Source of the DNA: Alphaproteobacteria bacterium
Lineage (GTDB): Bacteria; Pseudomonadota; Alphaproteobacteria; Bin95
Assembly (NCBI GenBank): GCA_038102935.1
Contig: JAYNYG010000005.1
Location: 6,574 to 70,573 of the forward strand
Direction: 5' to 3'
DNA length: 64,000 nt
Numbering within the stretch: position 1 is the first letter of the stretch; each line of letters begins with the position of its first letter. A program made the translations under genes and the position numbers. The notes beneath the pieces were generated by a model. That model had not been told where the DNA came from. It saw only the letters and a program-made list of their open reading frames with translations, and made no database searches. This document shows, in pieces, positions 62,861-64,000 of the stretch.

Positions 62861-63445
62861 TCAGGCAGGCGTGGCGTCATAGTCGATGATAGCGGCGGAG
62901 AGGGGCTCCGTCTCCAACACCGCGCAGGAGAGGCGGCGGCCGTTGTTGCTGTCTCGGGCGTCGCCGGCGGAGCCTGGGTTGATGATGAGGGTGTTGTTGA
63001 TGGTCTGCACGGTTTGGCGATGTGTGTGGCCATACATGATGACATCGGTATCCGTATCGCCGAAGCGCGAGATTTCCCGGTTTTCGGGGATGATATAGGC
63101 GCCGCGCGGCTCCCAGGGCGTGGAGTGACAGAGATGCAAGCGGCGGTTGTCCAGAACGATATCCCGGCGAAGGGGTTGGCTGGCGAGCCAATCTGCATGG
63201 TCCTGATCAATCCAATCCGCCGCGCGCGCCCGCACCCCGCCAATGCCGAAAAACGTCTCCTCGTGATTGCCTTGGATCACCAGTGCATCCTGAATGCGCA
63301 GCTCTTCTACGACTTCATTGGAGAAGCGGTATTCGAAGATGCTGTCGCCAAGGCAGAGCAGTTGGTCAATCTCGCCCATCACATCCAGCGCGGTTTTGAG
63401 GCCGCGGATGTTGCAATGAATGTCTGAAACGATGCCGATCCGCAT
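62861..63445 (-). CDS. Small metallophosphoesterase (YfcE/MJ0936-like phosphodiesterase)
   Basis: MRIGIVSDIHCN, GDSI, GNHE, GHTH motifs. Start at ATG 63445; ORF track start 63622 adds 59 aa that overlap the next gene. Confidence 0.72.
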   Translation of the reverse strand: MRIGIVSDIHCNIRGLKTALDVMGEIDQLLCLGDSIFEYRFSNEVVEELRIQDALVIQGNHEETFFGIGGVRARAADWIDQDHADWLASQPLRRDIVLDNRRLHLCHSTPWEPRGAYIIPENREISRFGDTDTDVIMYGHTHRQTVQTINNTLIINPGSAGDARDSNNGRRLSCAVLETEPLSAAIIDYDATPA

Positions 63446-63452
63446 GAGTTCG

Positions 63453-63836
63453 CTACACAGCTTTCTTCGGGAAAAACACGGCTTCAATCTTGTGACCATC
63501 CAGATCACGAATGAAGGCGCCGATATATGTGGTGACTTGGGCTTGGCGTGGCCCTGGCGGACCATCGCAGGTCCCGCCGCCAGCGAGCGCTGCGGCATGG
63601 AAGGCGGTGACGGCATCCGCATCCGGTGCGCGGAGGCAGATATGATTGCCGGTGTTCGCTGGTTCGGGGGCGGCGTCTGGGCGGCCGTTTAGCCAGAATT
63701 CCGGATATTTGCGCCCGAACCCGACAGTCGCTTCCCTGTCTACAAAGCGGTTCAGGCCAAGCGGCGCCAATACGGCCTCATAGAACGCAGCGCTGGCTTG
63801 CAGGTCGCGGACTTGGATGGAGACATGGTCGATCAT
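63453..63836 (-). CDS. VOC-family (glyoxalase / bleomycin-resistance / dioxygenase fold) protein
   Basis: MIDHVSIQVRDLQASAAFYEAVL typical VOC N-terminus with H..E metal ligands. Start at in-frame ATG 63836. Confidence 0.7.
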   Translation of the reverse strand: MIDHVSIQVRDLQASAAFYEAVLAPLGLNRFVDREATVGFGRKYPEFWLNGRPDAAPEPANTGNHICLRAPDADAVTAFHAAALAGGGTCDGPPGPRQAQVTTYIGAFIRDLDGHKIEAVFFPKKAV

Positions 63837-64000
63837 CGGCGGCAGGCCTTTGGTTTGAATACGAGCGCGGGTTCTGGCGATGGACAGGCGCTGTCCCGTC
63901 CGGTTTGATGCATCAGTAAAGCTATCGTTCAGCAAGCTTACTTATTCCGGCTCTGGGGTCGAGGGCGATGTCGATTGCAACTCTCTGGCGGACAGGTGGC

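Overview
This is a high-GC (roughly 60-65%) alphaproteobacterial chromosomal segment, densely coded, with no rRNA, tRNA, CRISPR array, transposase or integrase that I can see. Coordinates 1-15.6 kb carry the downstream part of the canonical division/cell-wall (dcw) cluster in textbook order: ftsI (5' truncated by the window edge), murE, murF, mraY, murD, ftsW, murG, murC, murB, ddl, ftsQ, ftsA, ftsZ. Most of these genes overlap by 4 bp (ATGA), which suggests translational coupling. Next come a BamD-like TPR lipoprotein with an unusual C-terminal extension, recN, ligA and a PLP-dependent dehydratase. They are followed by a two-gene nitric-oxide sensing module (H-NOX haem domain plus hybrid histidine kinase/receiver), two tandem EamA transporters, acetoacetyl-CoA synthetase and yajC-secD-secF. 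The 32-46 kb stretch is a catabolic-looking block: aminotransferase, LLM oxidoreductase, ferredoxin, cytochrome P450, FNT-type channel, two SDRs, NIPSNAP, IalB-like protein, MFS exporter, family-III CoA transferase, acyl-CoA ligase, DdpX/VanX-like dipeptidase and enoyl-CoA hydratase. After it come a PAS-GGDEF(degenerate)-EAL protein, a strikingly AT-rich 460-bp intergenic island and a minus-strand run of hydrolases and oxygenases (LLM monooxygenase, TauD-type dioxygenase, gamma-glutamyltransferase, amidase, a secreted Cys-rich protein with a peptidoglycan-binding domain). Further downstream are an SbcD/SbcC-like (YhaO/YhaN, SbcF/SbcE-type) nuclease-ATPase pair, a second amidase, an altronate-dehydratase-family enzyme, a small metallophosphoesterase and a VOC/glyoxalase protein. 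I found no convincing phage-defence, toxin-antitoxin or mobile-element island; the window reads as ordinary core genome plus metabolic accessory genes. The points most worth a second look are the H-NOX/hybrid-kinase module, the BamD C-terminal extension with three YW-containing repeats, the AT-rich island with a palindromic operator-like site, and a long polypyrimidine/polypurine imperfect inverted repeat sharing a G/C-rich motif with a second intergenic hairpin. Also notable are a degenerate GGDEF domain (EGDCF) fused to an ECL-type EAL domain and an uncharacterised secreted Cys-rich protein with a peptidoglycan-binding domain, which follows gamma-glutamyltransferase and amidase after a 34-bp gap. 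All functional calls come from motifs and family resemblance read directly from the translations. No database search was run, so orthology-level names (for example hnoX, or sbcE/F versus sbcC/D) are provisional.
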